DNA of 34,093 bases from an uncultured Candidatus Saccharibacteria bacterium (GCA_965231105.1 OZ246417.1:1-34093), one strand, 5' to 3'; positions 9,363 through 19,207 are shown, counted from the stretch's first letter. The notes: generated from the sequence alone by a model not told the origin. Made by a program: numbers and translations.

Positions 9363-10424
9363 ATGTCAAAAAGTTCTATAACTATGGACGAATTGCTCGC
9401 GTCTGCTGAGATTAATCAGCTGAAGAGCGGCGATGTTGTCGAGGGTACCGTTACATCGGTACGTAAACACGAAGTCTGGATCGACTTAGGTCCAAATGGC
9501 GTTGGCGTCATTATGCGCCGCGAAATCACCCACGGCCAAGCGCTTGAAGAAGGCGCAAAGGTAACCGTGAGCGTGGTTGACCCTGAATTGGATGAAGGCT
9601 ACGCACTCTTAAGTATGAAGCGTGCAGCAAAAGATCGTGGTTGGGACGAGCTCCAGCGCGTCTTTGATGCTCAGGAAATTATTGAAGTAAATGCCTATGA
9701 TGCGAACCGTGGCGGTCTGCTTGTTGAGCTTGAAGGTATCCGTGGCTTCTTGCCGGTTTCTCAGCTTGCTGCTGATCACTACCCACGCGTATCTGGTGCT
9801 GATAAGGATGAAATCCTTCAGAAGCTTAACGCACTTGTGAACATTCCATTGCGTGTTCGTATCCTTGATGCGAATCGCAAGGAAAACAAGCTGATCTTCT
9901 CTGAAAAGGAAGCGGTGAAAGATGACATGCAATCACGTCTCACCGAACTGAAGGTGGGTGATGTGGTCGAAGGCGTCGTAACCGGTGTTATCGACTTCGG
10001 TGCATTCGTAAATGTAAAGGGCATTGAAGGCTTGATCCACATTAGTGAAATTAGCTGGGAACGTGTTGAGGATCCACGTGATTACGTGAAGACTGGTGAA
10101 AACGTCAAAGCTAAGATTATCGCTATCGATAAAGACCGTTTGTCCCTCAGTCTTAAGCAGATGACCGACGATCCATGGGTGAACGAAGTGAAGGCATTCA
10201 AGAAGGGCGACAGTGTTGAGGGTAAGATTACCCGTATTACACCATTCGGTGCCTTTGTGCAGCTTTCTCCAAGTGTAGAAGCATTAGTGCATGTGTCTGA
10301 AATGGGCGGTGAAGCTGATGCAGCCGATCCAACCGAGCTCTTTAAGCTCAATGAGAAGAAAGAGTTTAAGATCTTAGATATCGATACTGATGCCCGCAAG
10401 ATCGCGTTAAGTCTCAAGAAATAA
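9363..10424 (+). CDS. rpsA: 30S ribosomal protein bS1 (four S1 domains)
   Basis: Four S1 repeats (GDVVEG, ANRGGLLVELEGIRGFLPVSQL, DFGAFV...GLIHISEISW, PFGAFV...LVHVSE). ATG 9363 fits the AAGGAGG SD better than 9354. Confidence 0.96.
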   Translation: MSKSSITMDELLASAEINQLKSGDVVEGTVTSVRKHEVWIDLGPNGVGVIMRREITHGQALEEGAKVTVSVVDPELDEGYALLSMKRAAKDRGWDELQRVFDAQEIIEVNAYDANRGGLLVELEGIRGFLPVSQLAADHYPRVSGADKDEILQKLNALVNIPLRVRILDANRKENKLIFSEKEAVKDDMQSRLTELKVGDVVEGVVTGVIDFGAFVNVKGIEGLIHISEISWERVEDPRDYVKTGENVKAKIIAIDKDRLSLSLKQMTDDPWVNEVKAFKKGDSVEGKITRITPFGAFVQLSPSVEALVHVSEMGGEADAADPTELFKLNEKKEFKILDIDTDARKIALSLKK

Positions 10425-10450
10425 CTATGTAAGTAAGAAAGGAGTCCGCC

Positions 10451-12217
10451 ATGGCCACGATGATTGAAATCGAAGACATGATTACCGTCGGTGCCTTGGC
10501 GGACAAACTTTCTCTGCCAGTCGCTAAGATTATCACCGAGCTAATGAAGAACGGTGTGTTGGCGACCGTGAATGAAAAGATTGATTTTGATACTGCTCAG
10601 ATCATTACCGGCGAGTTGGGTCTGAGTGATGTAGAGCTCATAAAGAAAGAGCAGGCAACTGAAGCTACTCCGCGTGTTAAAGCTGCCGTTACCGATCCGA
10701 ATGCAAAATCACGTCCACCTGTAGTGGCAGTAATGGGCCATGTCGATCATGGCAAAACCTCACTGCTTGATGCTATTCGGAGCGCCAATGTCGTGAAGGG
10801 TGAGGCCGGTGGCATTACCCAGCACATCTCTGCGTATAAGATTGATCATGGTGGTCGTGGCATTACTTTCTTAGATACCCCCGGCCACGAAGCCTTTGCA
10901 GCCCTCCGCGAACACGGTGCTCAGTTAACTGATCTCGTTATTATCGTTATTGCTGCTGATGATGGTATTAAACCACAAACCCAAGAAGCAATCCGCTTTG
11001 CCCGCAAGGCCGGCGTAAAGATGCTGGTGGCGATTACCAAGATCGATAAGCCAGAAGGCGATCAAAACCGCATCAAGCAACAGCTCGCCGAAGCAGAGCT
11101 TATGCCTGAAGAATGGGGTGGTGACACGGTAGTATTAGGCGTTTCTGCTAAGACAGGCGAAGGTCTCAAAGAACTGCTTGATATGGTACTTTTGATTGCT
11201 GATGTAGAAGAACTTAAGGCGCTTTATAACGTACCTGCTACCGGTCTTATTATCGAATCGCATATGGAAACCGGTCGCGGCTCAGTAGCTGAGGCTCTGG
11301 TAGAGCAGGGTACGCTTCGTCCAGGAGACTTTGTGGTGGCTGGTGGTACCTACGCAAAGGTTCGTAACCTTGAATCAACCACCGGCGGTGCCCTCAAAGA
11401 AGCAACACCTTCTACACCGGTTGTTATTACAGGCTTTAAGAACCTTCCAGAGTTTGGCGATGCTTTCCAGGTTGTGAAGAATGAAAAAGAAGCTCGCTCA
11501 GTGGCAGCTGGTGAAGCCCATGGTCGCAAGGGTGGCGCAGGCCATCTTGAAATGAGCAGTAACGAACTCATTCGTCTTATTAACCGCTCAAATCAGCTGC
11601 AAGAATTAAATATCATTGTCAAAGCAGACGTCCAGGGTTCATTAACTTCTGTCATTGATAGCTTGAAGACGTTAGATAACGAAGAAGTTGCGGTACGCGT
11701 TGTAGGGTCTGGTGTTGGTGCTATTACTGAAAATGACTTACATATGGCACATACTTCAAAAGCCATCATCTACGGCTTCCATGTGCCCCTGCCAAGCAAT
11801 ATTAAACAGCTGGCTTCTCGTGATAAGGTCTCGATCCGTCTATATAAGGTTATTTACGAATTAATTGATGACGTGAAGCAGGAGCTTACTGCGCTGCTTG
11901 CCCCCGAAGTGGTTGAGACACCACTCGGTCGCTTGGTGGTAAAGGGCATCTTTAAGACAACAAAAACAGAAGTTATTTGTGGTGGTGAAGTCACCAAGGG
12001 CAAGCTGGCCCTACCGGCTCTCGCTAAGGTCATGAGAGGCAATGAAGAGATTGCCGAAGTTGAGGTGACGAACCTCAAGCGTGGCCCTGTTGATGCGAAG
12101 GAAGTACTTGAAGGCGAAATGTGTGGACTGAGCTTTAAGAGCACTGCCCGCGTTGACATTGCAGAGGGCGATCACATTGAGTTATTTACTCGTGAATTAA
12201 AAACCCGAACTTTATGA
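10451..12217 (+). CDS. infB: Translation initiation factor IF-2 (short form)
   Basis: RPPVVAVMGHVDHGKTSLLD, GGITQHI, DTPGHEAF, KADVQGS; AAGGAG SD. Confidence 0.99.
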   Translation: MATMIEIEDMITVGALADKLSLPVAKIITELMKNGVLATVNEKIDFDTAQIITGELGLSDVELIKKEQATEATPRVKAAVTDPNAKSRPPVVAVMGHVDHGKTSLLDAIRSANVVKGEAGGITQHISAYKIDHGGRGITFLDTPGHEAFAALREHGAQLTDLVIIVIAADDGIKPQTQEAIRFARKAGVKMLVAITKIDKPEGDQNRIKQQLAEAELMPEEWGGDTVVLGVSAKTGEGLKELLDMVLLIADVEELKALYNVPATGLIIESHMETGRGSVAEALVEQGTLRPGDFVVAGGTYAKVRNLESTTGGALKEATPSTPVVITGFKNLPEFGDAFQVVKNEKEARSVAAGEAHGRKGGAGHLEMSSNELIRLINRSNQLQELNIIVKADVQGSLTSVIDSLKTLDNEEVAVRVVGSGVGAITENDLHMAHTSKAIIYGFHVPLPSNIKQLASRDKVSIRLYKVIYELIDDVKQELTALLAPEVVETPLGRLVVKGIFKTTKTEVICGGEVTKGKLALPALAKVMRGNEEIAEVEVTNLKRGPVDAKEVLEGEMCGLSFKSTARVDIAEGDHIELFTRELKTRTL

Positions 12218-12232
12218 TAGGATGAAATTACG

Positions 12233-12940
12233 ATGTTTAAACTAGACAATGAATTTTTAACTAACCTAGGTCTCGGTAACTTACCGGTGGAAGAAAAGAA
12301 CCGCCTGCTGCAGATGATTTACGAGCGGCTCGAAATGAACGTCGGCATGCGCTTAGCCGAGAAGATGACCGACCAGCAGCTCGATGAGTTCGAGGGTTTT
12401 ATCGATCGCAATGATGAAGCCGGTGCACTTAAATGGCTTGAAACAAACTTCCCGAACTATAAGGATGTTGTTGCTGAAGAATTAGAGAAGCTAAAAGGCG
12501 AAGTTCGTCAGGCTGCTCCCCAGATTCTTGCAGCTGCACAGGGTCAGGCTCAACCAGGTCAGCAGCCTCTGCCACAAGCTGCTCCAGCTCCGCAGCCTGC
12601 CCAGCCATACAATCATGAGCCTCCTATGCCACAGCAGCCGTATCAGCCGCCAACACCTCCACAGCCTGCACCACAACCATGGCAGCAACCGGCTGCTCCT
12701 GCACCTATGCCAGGTCCTCAGCCGTATGCACCAGAACCAATGCCTGCTCAGCCTCAGCCCGCTCAACCATACCAACCTCAGGCTCCAGCACCTGCTTCTC
12801 CAATGCCCACCCAACCTGATCCAAGCTTTACGATGCCACCACAGCCTGCACCACAACCACCAACTCCCCAGGCACCTACACAACAGCCTAATCCTCAGCA
12901 ATTTACGCCACCTCCTCCCGGCTTTATGCCAGGCCAATAG
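12233..12940 (+). CDS. DUF5663-like protein with a long Pro/Gln-rich tail
   Basis: MFKLDNEFLTNLGL...LEMNVGMRL...QLDEFE...WLETNFPNYKDVVAEEL, then about 130 aa of P/Q/A low complexity. Confidence 0.8.
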   Translation: MFKLDNEFLTNLGLGNLPVEEKNRLLQMIYERLEMNVGMRLAEKMTDQQLDEFEGFIDRNDEAGALKWLETNFPNYKDVVAEELEKLKGEVRQAAPQILAAAQGQAQPGQQPLPQAAPAPQPAQPYNHEPPMPQQPYQPPTPPQPAPQPWQQPAAPAPMPGPQPYAPEPMPAQPQPAQPYQPQAPAPASPMPTQPDPSFTMPPQPAPQPPTPQAPTQQPNPQQFTPPPPGFMPGQ

Positions 12941-12942
12941 GT

Positions 12943-13242
12943 ATGGCTAAGAAGCGATCCGAAACCCGGAATCTGATAGAAGAAATATGGGCAACGGGAC
13001 AAGGGGATAAGCCTCCAGTTGAAAAAGACTCTGAAATGCTTGGTGCTGTTCGAGGTGTCGGGATATTTATGATAGGGATAGTCGCCATAAATATTGGTGT
13101 AGCCTCATTGGAACTTGTAACTGAAGGTGAGCGCCCGTATTTTGCAACAGAAGAACCCTTGCAAGCTATTTCTCTCTCAAGTGGCTTAGAGTGTCCTGTG
13201 ACACCTCAACTGCGTCCAATGACCTTTGTACGAGGATTATAA
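12943..13242 (+). CDS. Hypothetical membrane protein (99 aa)
   Basis: Starts 2 nt after the previous stop; one hydrophobic segment (GVGIFMIGIVAINIGVASL). Confidence 0.55.
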   Translation: MAKKRSETRNLIEEIWATGQGDKPPVEKDSEMLGAVRGVGIFMIGIVAINIGVASLELVTEGERPYFATEEPLQAISLSSGLECPVTPQLRPMTFVRGL

Positions 13243-14103
13243 ATCTTTGCTGTAACCGCGGATAAACTCAGCTGCAGTCATCTCATTTTTGCCAGCTGGT
13301 TTGAGTGAGTCGATAACAAGAAAACTCTGACTCGTTTTTAGCGCGACTTCGTTTTTGTTCGCTGTATCTGCCGTATGCGCCTTGGTAACAATGACGTCCT
13401 TGCCAGCAAGCGTTGTATAGCTTTTGGGCCACTCGGCGTAAGCACGGATTTCACGCTCTAAAACTTCAGCAGATTTATGTAGATCAATACGCCCATCTTC
13501 TTTGGTTAGCTTGCGCGAATAGGTTGCTTCGCCTACTTGGGCTTGAGGCTGGAGTTCTCCCTCTAGATACAAGGGTAGGGTAGCTTTGAGGGTTTCAAAG
13601 CTTAGTTCAATTAAAGCATCGGTAAGGGAAGCGGTCGTGGCGTCGATAGGAATGTCGTATGAGGCTTGGGCAAGCAGGGGTCCTTCATCCATCTTTTCGA
13701 CCAGCAGCATAAGGCTCACACCAGTTTGCTTTTGGCCAGAGAGAATTGCGAAAGTGATGGGATCGGCGCCACGCCATTCAGGAAGCAGAGAGAAATGACT
13801 ATTAACAATACCCTTTGGAAAATAATCGATAGTTTTTTGGCTGACGATAATACCAAAGTCAATCAGGACGCCTACGGTACTTTCAAATGGTTTCGTCTCT
13901 ATCAAAGCATCTAATTCGTTTTTGTTTGAAACGGTTTTAACAGGCAGCTGCAGCCTTTTAGCAATGTCCAAAACAGGAAAGTCACCGCGATGGTGCTCAG
14001 GCTTTGGCTTCGTTACGACTGCTTCAATGGTAAAAACTTGGGCAAGTAATTCTAGGGACTTGGCGGCAACGGGTCCTGAACCAAAAAAGACTAGGCTGCC
14101 CAT
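13237..14103 (-). CDS. fmt: Methionyl-tRNA formyltransferase
   Basis: VFFGS, VNSHFSLLPEWRGADPI, TGVSLMLLVEKMDEGP, TYSRKLTKEDG, LKPAGKNEM. Confidence 0.97.
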   Translation of the reverse strand: MGSLVFFGSGPVAAKSLELLAQVFTIEAVVTKPKPEHHRGDFPVLDIAKRLQLPVKTVSNKNELDALIETKPFESTVGVLIDFGIIVSQKTIDYFPKGIVNSHFSLLPEWRGADPITFAILSGQKQTGVSLMLLVEKMDEGPLLAQASYDIPIDATTASLTDALIELSFETLKATLPLYLEGELQPQAQVGEATYSRKLTKEDGRIDLHKSAEVLEREIRAYAEWPKSYTTLAGKDVIVTKAHTADTANKNEVALKTSQSFLVIDSLKPAGKNEMTAAEFIRGYSKDL

Positions 14104-14663
14104 AGGTCTTTGGTCGCCGTTTCGTATTCAAGTTCTGCAAGTTTGCCGTCGTCTTCAAGGCGATAGAAGGCATCGGGAACACCCTTGATGTGGTCTATAA
14201 AGAGAATGCCATTGGTATGGTCGATCTCGTGCTGTAATACACGGGCAAGGAAACCTTCGGCGGTAAGGCGGATTTCTTTGCCGCTTTCATTTAAAGCTTT
14301 AACTCGTACTTTGTTAAAACGTTTTACCTTACCGTACAGATCTTTCACGCTCAGACAACCTTCGAAATCTTCCTCTTCTTTACCCTCAAATTTGGTAATC
14401 TCAGGGTTAATAAGGGCCATAAAGCCACGATCGTTTTTATCATCGAAATTATTACGGACAATCACAATGCGCAAAGGAATATCGATCTGAATGGCAGCTA
14501 AAGCTACACCTACCTCGTGTTCTCGATTGTCTTCCCAATCAAGGGTAGCTTCTGCCATCTTGGCAATAATATCTTTGACCTCTTTGGAAATAAGGCCAAT
14601 CTTTTTTGAGCGCTGGCGAAGGTGTTCGTTCGGCAGCGTAATAATGTCGTCTCGGGTTGCCAT
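14091..14663 (-). CDS. def: Peptide deformylase
   Basis: GVALAAIQI, EGCLS, QHEIDHTNG. Confidence 0.98.
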   Translation of the reverse strand: MATRDDIITLPNEHLRQRSKKIGLISKEVKDIIAKMAEATLDWEDNREHEVGVALAAIQIDIPLRIVIVRNNFDDKNDRGFMALINPEITKFEGKEEEDFEGCLSVKDLYGKVKRFNKVRVKALNESGKEIRLTAEGFLARVLQHEIDHTNGILFIDHIKGVPDAFYRLEDDGKLAELEYETATKDLWAA

Positions 14664-14697
14664 TAGATCTTAGTATAACTTAACAGAGAAAGAACCG

Positions 14698-16635
14698 CTA
14701 CAGCAGGTTGGCGGGATCAAGGTCATATATCCAGTTGCCAGCAGGCAGGGCGTGGATAGCTTTAATAAGTTCTTTGCGGTCGGTTGCTTTTAGAATTAGC
14801 TGCCAGTGATACATGCCATGTGCGTGTTCGTAATAGCTGGGTGTAGGTGCACTGAGACGAACTTTCAGTTTTGTGGTTTGGAGGGCGCTGTGGAGCTTTT
14901 TAATTGCACTCTCAGCACTCCCGCTACTCTTACGCGAAAGGCTAATTTTTAAGAGGTAGCAGAAAGGGGGAAATAGGAATGTTTTCCGCTCAATAAGCTC
15001 AGTTTCATAGAAAGTCTTATAGTCTTTTGCGATGGCTGCCTGCAGGATGGGATTATCGGGTACATAGGTCTGCAAGATAACTTGGCCTTTACGGTGGCCA
15101 CGCCCCACACGGCCTAAAACCTGATGAAGGAGCTGGTAGCTTCGTTCGGCAGCCGTGTAATCGGGAAGGTAAAGACTGGTATCGGCCGCTACGACCCCTA
15201 CTAAACTGAGTTTTGGAAGGTCCAGACCCTTACCGAGCATTTGTGTGCCTACTAAGATATCTACTTTACCTTCGCGAATATCTTTGAAGTGCTTATCGAT
15301 GCGATCTTCGACACCCAAATCAGTATCAAAGCGCTTAATGCGGGCATTGGGAAAGAAGTTCTGCAGCGTATCTACGAGGGCCTTAGTGCCCATAACACGG
15401 TATTGAAGCTCGGTACTTTCGCATACCGGACAGCTTAATGGCGCGGTTTCACGATGTCCGCATGTATGGCAGCGCAACGAGTGACCATCACCATGATAGG
15501 TAAGTGGCAGGTCACAATTAGGGCATAACGCTTGCCAACCGCAGTTTTGGCAGATAACTAATCGGGCTGTTCCGCGACGATTGAGATAAATCAGCGCCTG
15601 TTCCTTTTTATTAAGCACGTCATTGATGGCATCGAGTAGCTCATCGGCTAAGAAAGGATGCCGCGCAAAGAGGGTCTTGTCCGTGAGGTTAATGACCGAA
15701 GTCGAGACTTCCCCAACGTTGCCTTTCGCTGAGCTGGTCATGCGGATGGTGGGGACGCCTGCTGCATCGGCAAGGTAGTAATCGGCTACGGGTGGTGTCG
15801 CACTTCCGTATATAATCTCGGCATCATAAAAACCGGCCAATGCCCCAGCTACCCGTACGGCCTGATAGCGGGGAGCTTGTTCCTGTTTATACGCAGGTTC
15901 ATGAAACTCATCCACCACGATGAGCCCGACATTTTTAAGTGGGCTAAAGAGAGCTGAGCGAGGCCCAATAATAACGAGCGGTTCTTCCGTCGTAATAATG
16001 TGTAGCCATAATTCACGGCGTTTTTTTGCTGTGATATTAGAGTGAATAATACGCACCTTATCTCCAAACTGAGTGGCAAAATCTTCAGCTAACTGAGGAG
16101 TTAAAGCAATTTCTGGCGTGAGAATCAGTGCAGACTTACCAGCCTCCAAGCATGCCTTTGTACGCTCCATATATATGCGCGTTTTGCCACTGCCCGTCTC
16201 ACCATGCAAGATAAAGCGTGAGCCAGTTTTCATAATTTCTAGGGCCTTCAATTGTTCATCGGTTAAAGGGGGAAGGGCTGGGGCTGGAACAGATTTTTCG
16301 GGTTCGAGTCCCGTCGCCTCCACGGGAAGTTTTAATACAGCGCTTGGTAAAAAGAGTTGGGCAATGCTGCCGCTGCCAGCAGGGTAGTAGCTTAGTAACC
16401 ACTCAAAAAGTTTGATCTGAGCTTTGGGTAGTACGGCGTTATGAATAGGCCGGATAATTGATTTGGTAGGGAAGGAAGGTTCAGAGACATCTTGATGTAC
16501 AAAGCCCAAAACCTCTTGTTTGCCTAAGGGTACTATCACAACCGAGCCAGGCACCAACAAGACCTCACTGCTATACGTGAGCGGTTCCTGCTTTTGATAG
16601 CGATTAGACGCAACCCATACCTCGTAATACCTCAT
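14698..16635 (-). CDS. priA: Primosomal protein N' (replication-restart helicase)
   Basis: HGETGSGKT, DEFH, Cys-rich zinc region (CQNC, CPNC, CHTC, CPVC), GTQMLGKGLD, QVLGRVGR. Confidence 0.98.
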   Translation of the reverse strand: MRYYEVWVASNRYQKQEPLTYSSEVLLVPGSVVIVPLGKQEVLGFVHQDVSEPSFPTKSIIRPIHNAVLPKAQIKLFEWLLSYYPAGSGSIAQLFLPSAVLKLPVEATGLEPEKSVPAPALPPLTDEQLKALEIMKTGSRFILHGETGSGKTRIYMERTKACLEAGKSALILTPEIALTPQLAEDFATQFGDKVRIIHSNITAKKRRELWLHIITTEEPLVIIGPRSALFSPLKNVGLIVVDEFHEPAYKQEQAPRYQAVRVAGALAGFYDAEIIYGSATPPVADYYLADAAGVPTIRMTSSAKGNVGEVSTSVINLTDKTLFARHPFLADELLDAINDVLNKKEQALIYLNRRGTARLVICQNCGWQALCPNCDLPLTYHGDGHSLRCHTCGHRETAPLSCPVCESTELQYRVMGTKALVDTLQNFFPNARIKRFDTDLGVEDRIDKHFKDIREGKVDILVGTQMLGKGLDLPKLSLVGVVAADTSLYLPDYTAAERSYQLLHQVLGRVGRGHRKGQVILQTYVPDNPILQAAIAKDYKTFYETELIERKTFLFPPFCYLLKISLSRKSSGSAESAIKKLHSALQTTKLKVRLSAPTPSYYEHAHGMYHWQLILKATDRKELIKAIHALPAGNWIYDLDPANLL

Positions 16636-16780
16636 GGTGTAATAAGTATACCGTAAAGGAGTAATTTAATTTCTGCACCCCTTATGCTTGCACCTAAAAA
16701 TTAACTACGCTATATTGCATACCCAAGCGAACGGAGCTATACTAGTTGTTGTTCTAATAACAATGAGAGGTTCAAAGGGG

Positions 16781-17068
16781 ATGTTGGACGTATTTATTAC
16801 TTCACGGGTGCGACGCAAGATCATTGTGATCTATGCGAAATATCCTGATTTTAAGACCCACGTTCGTGGCCTTGCGAAACTGATCAAAGAAGATGCCGGC
16901 AATATTCAGCGTGAACTAAAGCGCCTCGAGAAAGTCGGTTTTTTATTATCTGAAAAACAAGCAAATACGAAAATTTATCATACTAATAAGCACTTCCCAA
17001 TCTTCAAAGAACTACAAAGCATTGTGCTCAAAAGTCAGCGTACAAATCAAAAGAAACCCCAAGTCTAA
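16781..17068 (+). CDS. Stand-alone winged-helix (ArsR-like) DNA-binding protein
   Basis: TSRVRRKII...HVRGLAKLIKEDAGNIQRELKRLEKVGFL...KIY...FPIFKELQSIV. The start is probably ATG 16781 rather than TTG 16688. Confidence 0.75.
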   Translation: MLDVFITSRVRRKIIVIYAKYPDFKTHVRGLAKLIKEDAGNIQRELKRLEKVGFLLSEKQANTKIYHTNKHFPIFKELQSIVLKSQRTNQKKPQV

Positions 17069-17073
17069 AAAGG

Positions 17074-17102
17074 TTGCTAATTTATCTCTGTTAGGATACA
17101 AT
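17074..17102 (+). promoter_or_regulatory. Sigma70 promoter of rpsU (near-leaderless)
   Basis: TTGCTA-17 nt-TACAAT, 8 nt before ATG; no SD. Confidence 0.7.
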
Positions 17103-17110
17103 AAAGCTCT

Positions 17111-17326
17111 ATGATTTCAGTTACACGTAAAGACAGCAAAGAACCAATCGAGAACTTGCTTCGCCGCTTTAGCCGCAAAGTACAGTCTGCTGGTATTGTT
17201 GCAACCGTCAAACAAGGTCAGTACTTTGAAAAGCCACTGTCTAAGCGCGAACGACGCCTTAAGGCAATCGTACGTAAGGAACGCAAGGCTATCAAGGTTA
17301 AAAACCTTAAAATGGGCAAGAAATAA
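17111..17326 (+). CDS. rpsU: 30S ribosomal protein bS21
   Basis: EPIENLLRRFSRKVQSAG...YFEKPLSKRERR; basic 71-aa protein upstream of yqeY. Confidence 0.92.
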   Translation: MISVTRKDSKEPIENLLRRFSRKVQSAGIVATVKQGQYFEKPLSKRERRLKAIVRKERKAIKVKNLKMGKK

Positions 17327-17343
17327 GCTATAAAGCTTAGGAG

Positions 17344-17369
17344 AAGGGCCCTTCGAGAGGGCCTTTTTT
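17344..17369 (+). terminator. Intrinsic terminator after rpsU
   Basis: AAGGGCCCT-tcgag-AGGGCCTTTTTT. Confidence 0.85.
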
Positions 17370-17463
17370 AATGACTATAAAAATTAAGAATCATTTAATG
17401 TTAACTATTAACTTTAATTAAGATGGTGCAAAAACGGTAGGCTATCTGGTACACTTTGAAAGA

Positions 17464-17919
17464 ATGAGTATTAAAGAGCAAATTGACGCTGACCTAAAGG
17501 CCGCTATGCTTGGTGGTGATAAGGTCTTAACCACGACCCTTCGTGGTATTAAAAGTGCAATTCTTTACGCTGAAGTAGCAGCCAATAAAAGAGATAGTGG
17601 CTTAGCCGATGAAGAGCTTGTTAGTCTGCTCGGTAAAGAGGCTAAGAAGCGCCAAGAAAGTGCCGATCTCTATACGCAAGGTGGGAGTGAAGAAAAGGCC
17701 AAGGCCGAGCTTGCCGAGAAGCTGGTTATTGAGAAGTATCTTCCTAAACAGATGAATGATGAGGCCTTAAAGAATTTGGTTGAAGCTGCCGTTACCGAAA
17801 CCGGTGCAGCAAGTATGCAGGATATGGGTAAAGTTATAGGACTCGTGAAGCAACGAGCAGGTGCTGCAGCCGATGGGGGCCGCATTGCACAAATGGTGAA
17901 GGAACGTTTGAGCCAATGA
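17464..17919 (+). CDS. yqeY: GatB/YqeY domain protein
   Basis: DLKAAMLGGDK...KEAKKRQESADLY...AELAEKLVIEKYLPKQM...DMGKVIG. Confidence 0.93.
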   Translation: MSIKEQIDADLKAAMLGGDKVLTTTLRGIKSAILYAEVAANKRDSGLADEELVSLLGKEAKKRQESADLYTQGGSEEKAKAELAEKLVIEKYLPKQMNDEALKNLVEAAVTETGAASMQDMGKVIGLVKQRAGAAADGGRIAQMVKERLSQ

Positions 17920-18455
17920 TTATTTTCATGGGTGTGGCTGGTTCCGGAAAAAGTATCCAGGGCCGCACACTTGCCGATGAACTAGCTTTGCCATGGCTCT
18001 CAACCGGTGAGTTTTTGCGTATGCTCATTGCCGGCGACAAGCGTCGCGACATGGTAGCAGGTAAGCTCTTAAGTGATAAAGAAATTATTACTCTCGTGCA
18101 AAAGATCTTTCACATGATCAATATTAACGAAGAGTTTGTTTTGGATGGGTTTCCTCGTACCACTGCTCAGGCGGATTGGCTATTATCACAGGTAAAACAT
18201 GGGCAGTTGCATGTAACGGCTGTTATTCACCTCACTGCTTCAGAAGAGGCAGTGATGAAGCGCCTACTATCGCGTGGTCGCCAAGATGATACAGAAGAAG
18301 CGGTGCGAGAACGTTTCCGCGAATACGAAGAAGCTGCTCTACCGATCATTCAGCACTTTAGAAATGCGGGTGTCCCTGTCCACGATATTAATGGCGAGCA
18401 ACCAGTTGAAAAAGTACATGCCGACATCAAGCAAGCATTACAGGCGGATGACTAG
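17916..18455 (+). CDS. adk: Adenylate kinase, short (LID-less) type
   Basis: GVAGSGKS P-loop, LSTGEFLR, LDGFPR, RLLSRGRQDDTEE; ATGA overlap with yqeY. Confidence 0.88.
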   Translation: MIIFMGVAGSGKSIQGRTLADELALPWLSTGEFLRMLIAGDKRRDMVAGKLLSDKEIITLVQKIFHMININEEFVLDGFPRTTAQADWLLSQVKHGQLHVTAVIHLTASEEAVMKRLLSRGRQDDTEEAVRERFREYEEAALPIIQHFRNAGVPVHDINGEQPVEKVHADIKQALQADD

Positions 18456-19207
18456 TGTTTACCAAAGTTAAAACTGATGCCGAAATTGAATCAATGCGCA
18501 TTGCGGGCAAAATGCTGGCGCAGACTCTGCAGTATGTAAAAGCAAATACGAAGGCAGGTATGTCTACCAAAGACCTCGCGCGCTTAGCCGCAAAAGAGGT
18601 AAAGCGATTAGGCGGCAAACCTTCTTTCCTTGGTTACGAAGGCTTTCCGGATGTTTTATGTGTATCTATCAATGATGAAGTGGTGCATGGTATTCCAAGT
18701 CGCCGCAAGATCTTAAAAGACGGTGATGTGGTAAGCATTGATTTTGGTGTGACTATTAATGACATGGTGACAGATGGTGCCATAACCTTCAGTCTAGGAC
18801 CGGCAGAAAAAGAAGTTGAGAAGCTTATTAAAGTTACCGAACAGTCTTTACTTGCTGGTATTGAAATGGTCAGACCAGGCGTACGGGTTGGTGATATTGC
18901 TCATGCAATTGAGAGCGTCCTAGAGCCATACGGCTTTGGCATTGTGCGTGATTTGGTGGGGCATGGCGTTGGGCATGAACTCCATGAAGATCCGAACATT
19001 CCTAATTACGGCCGCGCCGGTTCGGGACCTATGCTGCAAAAGGGCATGACGATTGCGATTGAACCAATGGCGACATTGGGAACTCACGCGGTTAGTATCG
19101 ATAACGATCATTGGACAATCCGTACGGCAGACGGCTCATTGGCCGCACATTTTGAACACACGGTTCTTATAACTGACGATGGTTATGAAATTTTGACTCA
19201 AGCCTAA
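18455..19207 (+). CDS. map: Methionine aminopeptidase type I
   Basis: SINDEVVHGIP, SIDFG, DGAIT, GHGVG, AIEPM, AHFEHTV; GTG start overlaps the adk stop. Confidence 0.98.
   Translation: MFTKVKTDAEIESMRIAGKMLAQTLQYVKANTKAGMSTKDLARLAAKEVKRLGGKPSFLGYEGFPDVLCVSINDEVVHGIPSRRKILKDGDVVSIDFGVTINDMVTDGAITFSLGPAEKEVEKLIKVTEQSLLAGIEMVRPGVRVGDIAHAIESVLEPYGFGIVRDLVGHGVGHELHEDPNIPNYGRAGSGPMLQKGMTIAIEPMATLGTHAVSIDNDHWTIRTADGSLAAHFEHTVLITDDGYEILTQA

Noticed and set aside
12491-12950. Trp/Arg/Leu-rich antisense ORF (148 aa) and a His/Leu-rich alternative-frame ORF (140 aa)
   Set aside because: Shadows of the CCN/CAR-rich Pro/Gln tail of the DUF5663 gene.
16688-16780. N-terminal extension of the wHTH ORF from TTG 16688
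   Set aside because: The recognisable domain begins at ATG 16781, which has a purine-rich RBS; the extension is probably intergenic.
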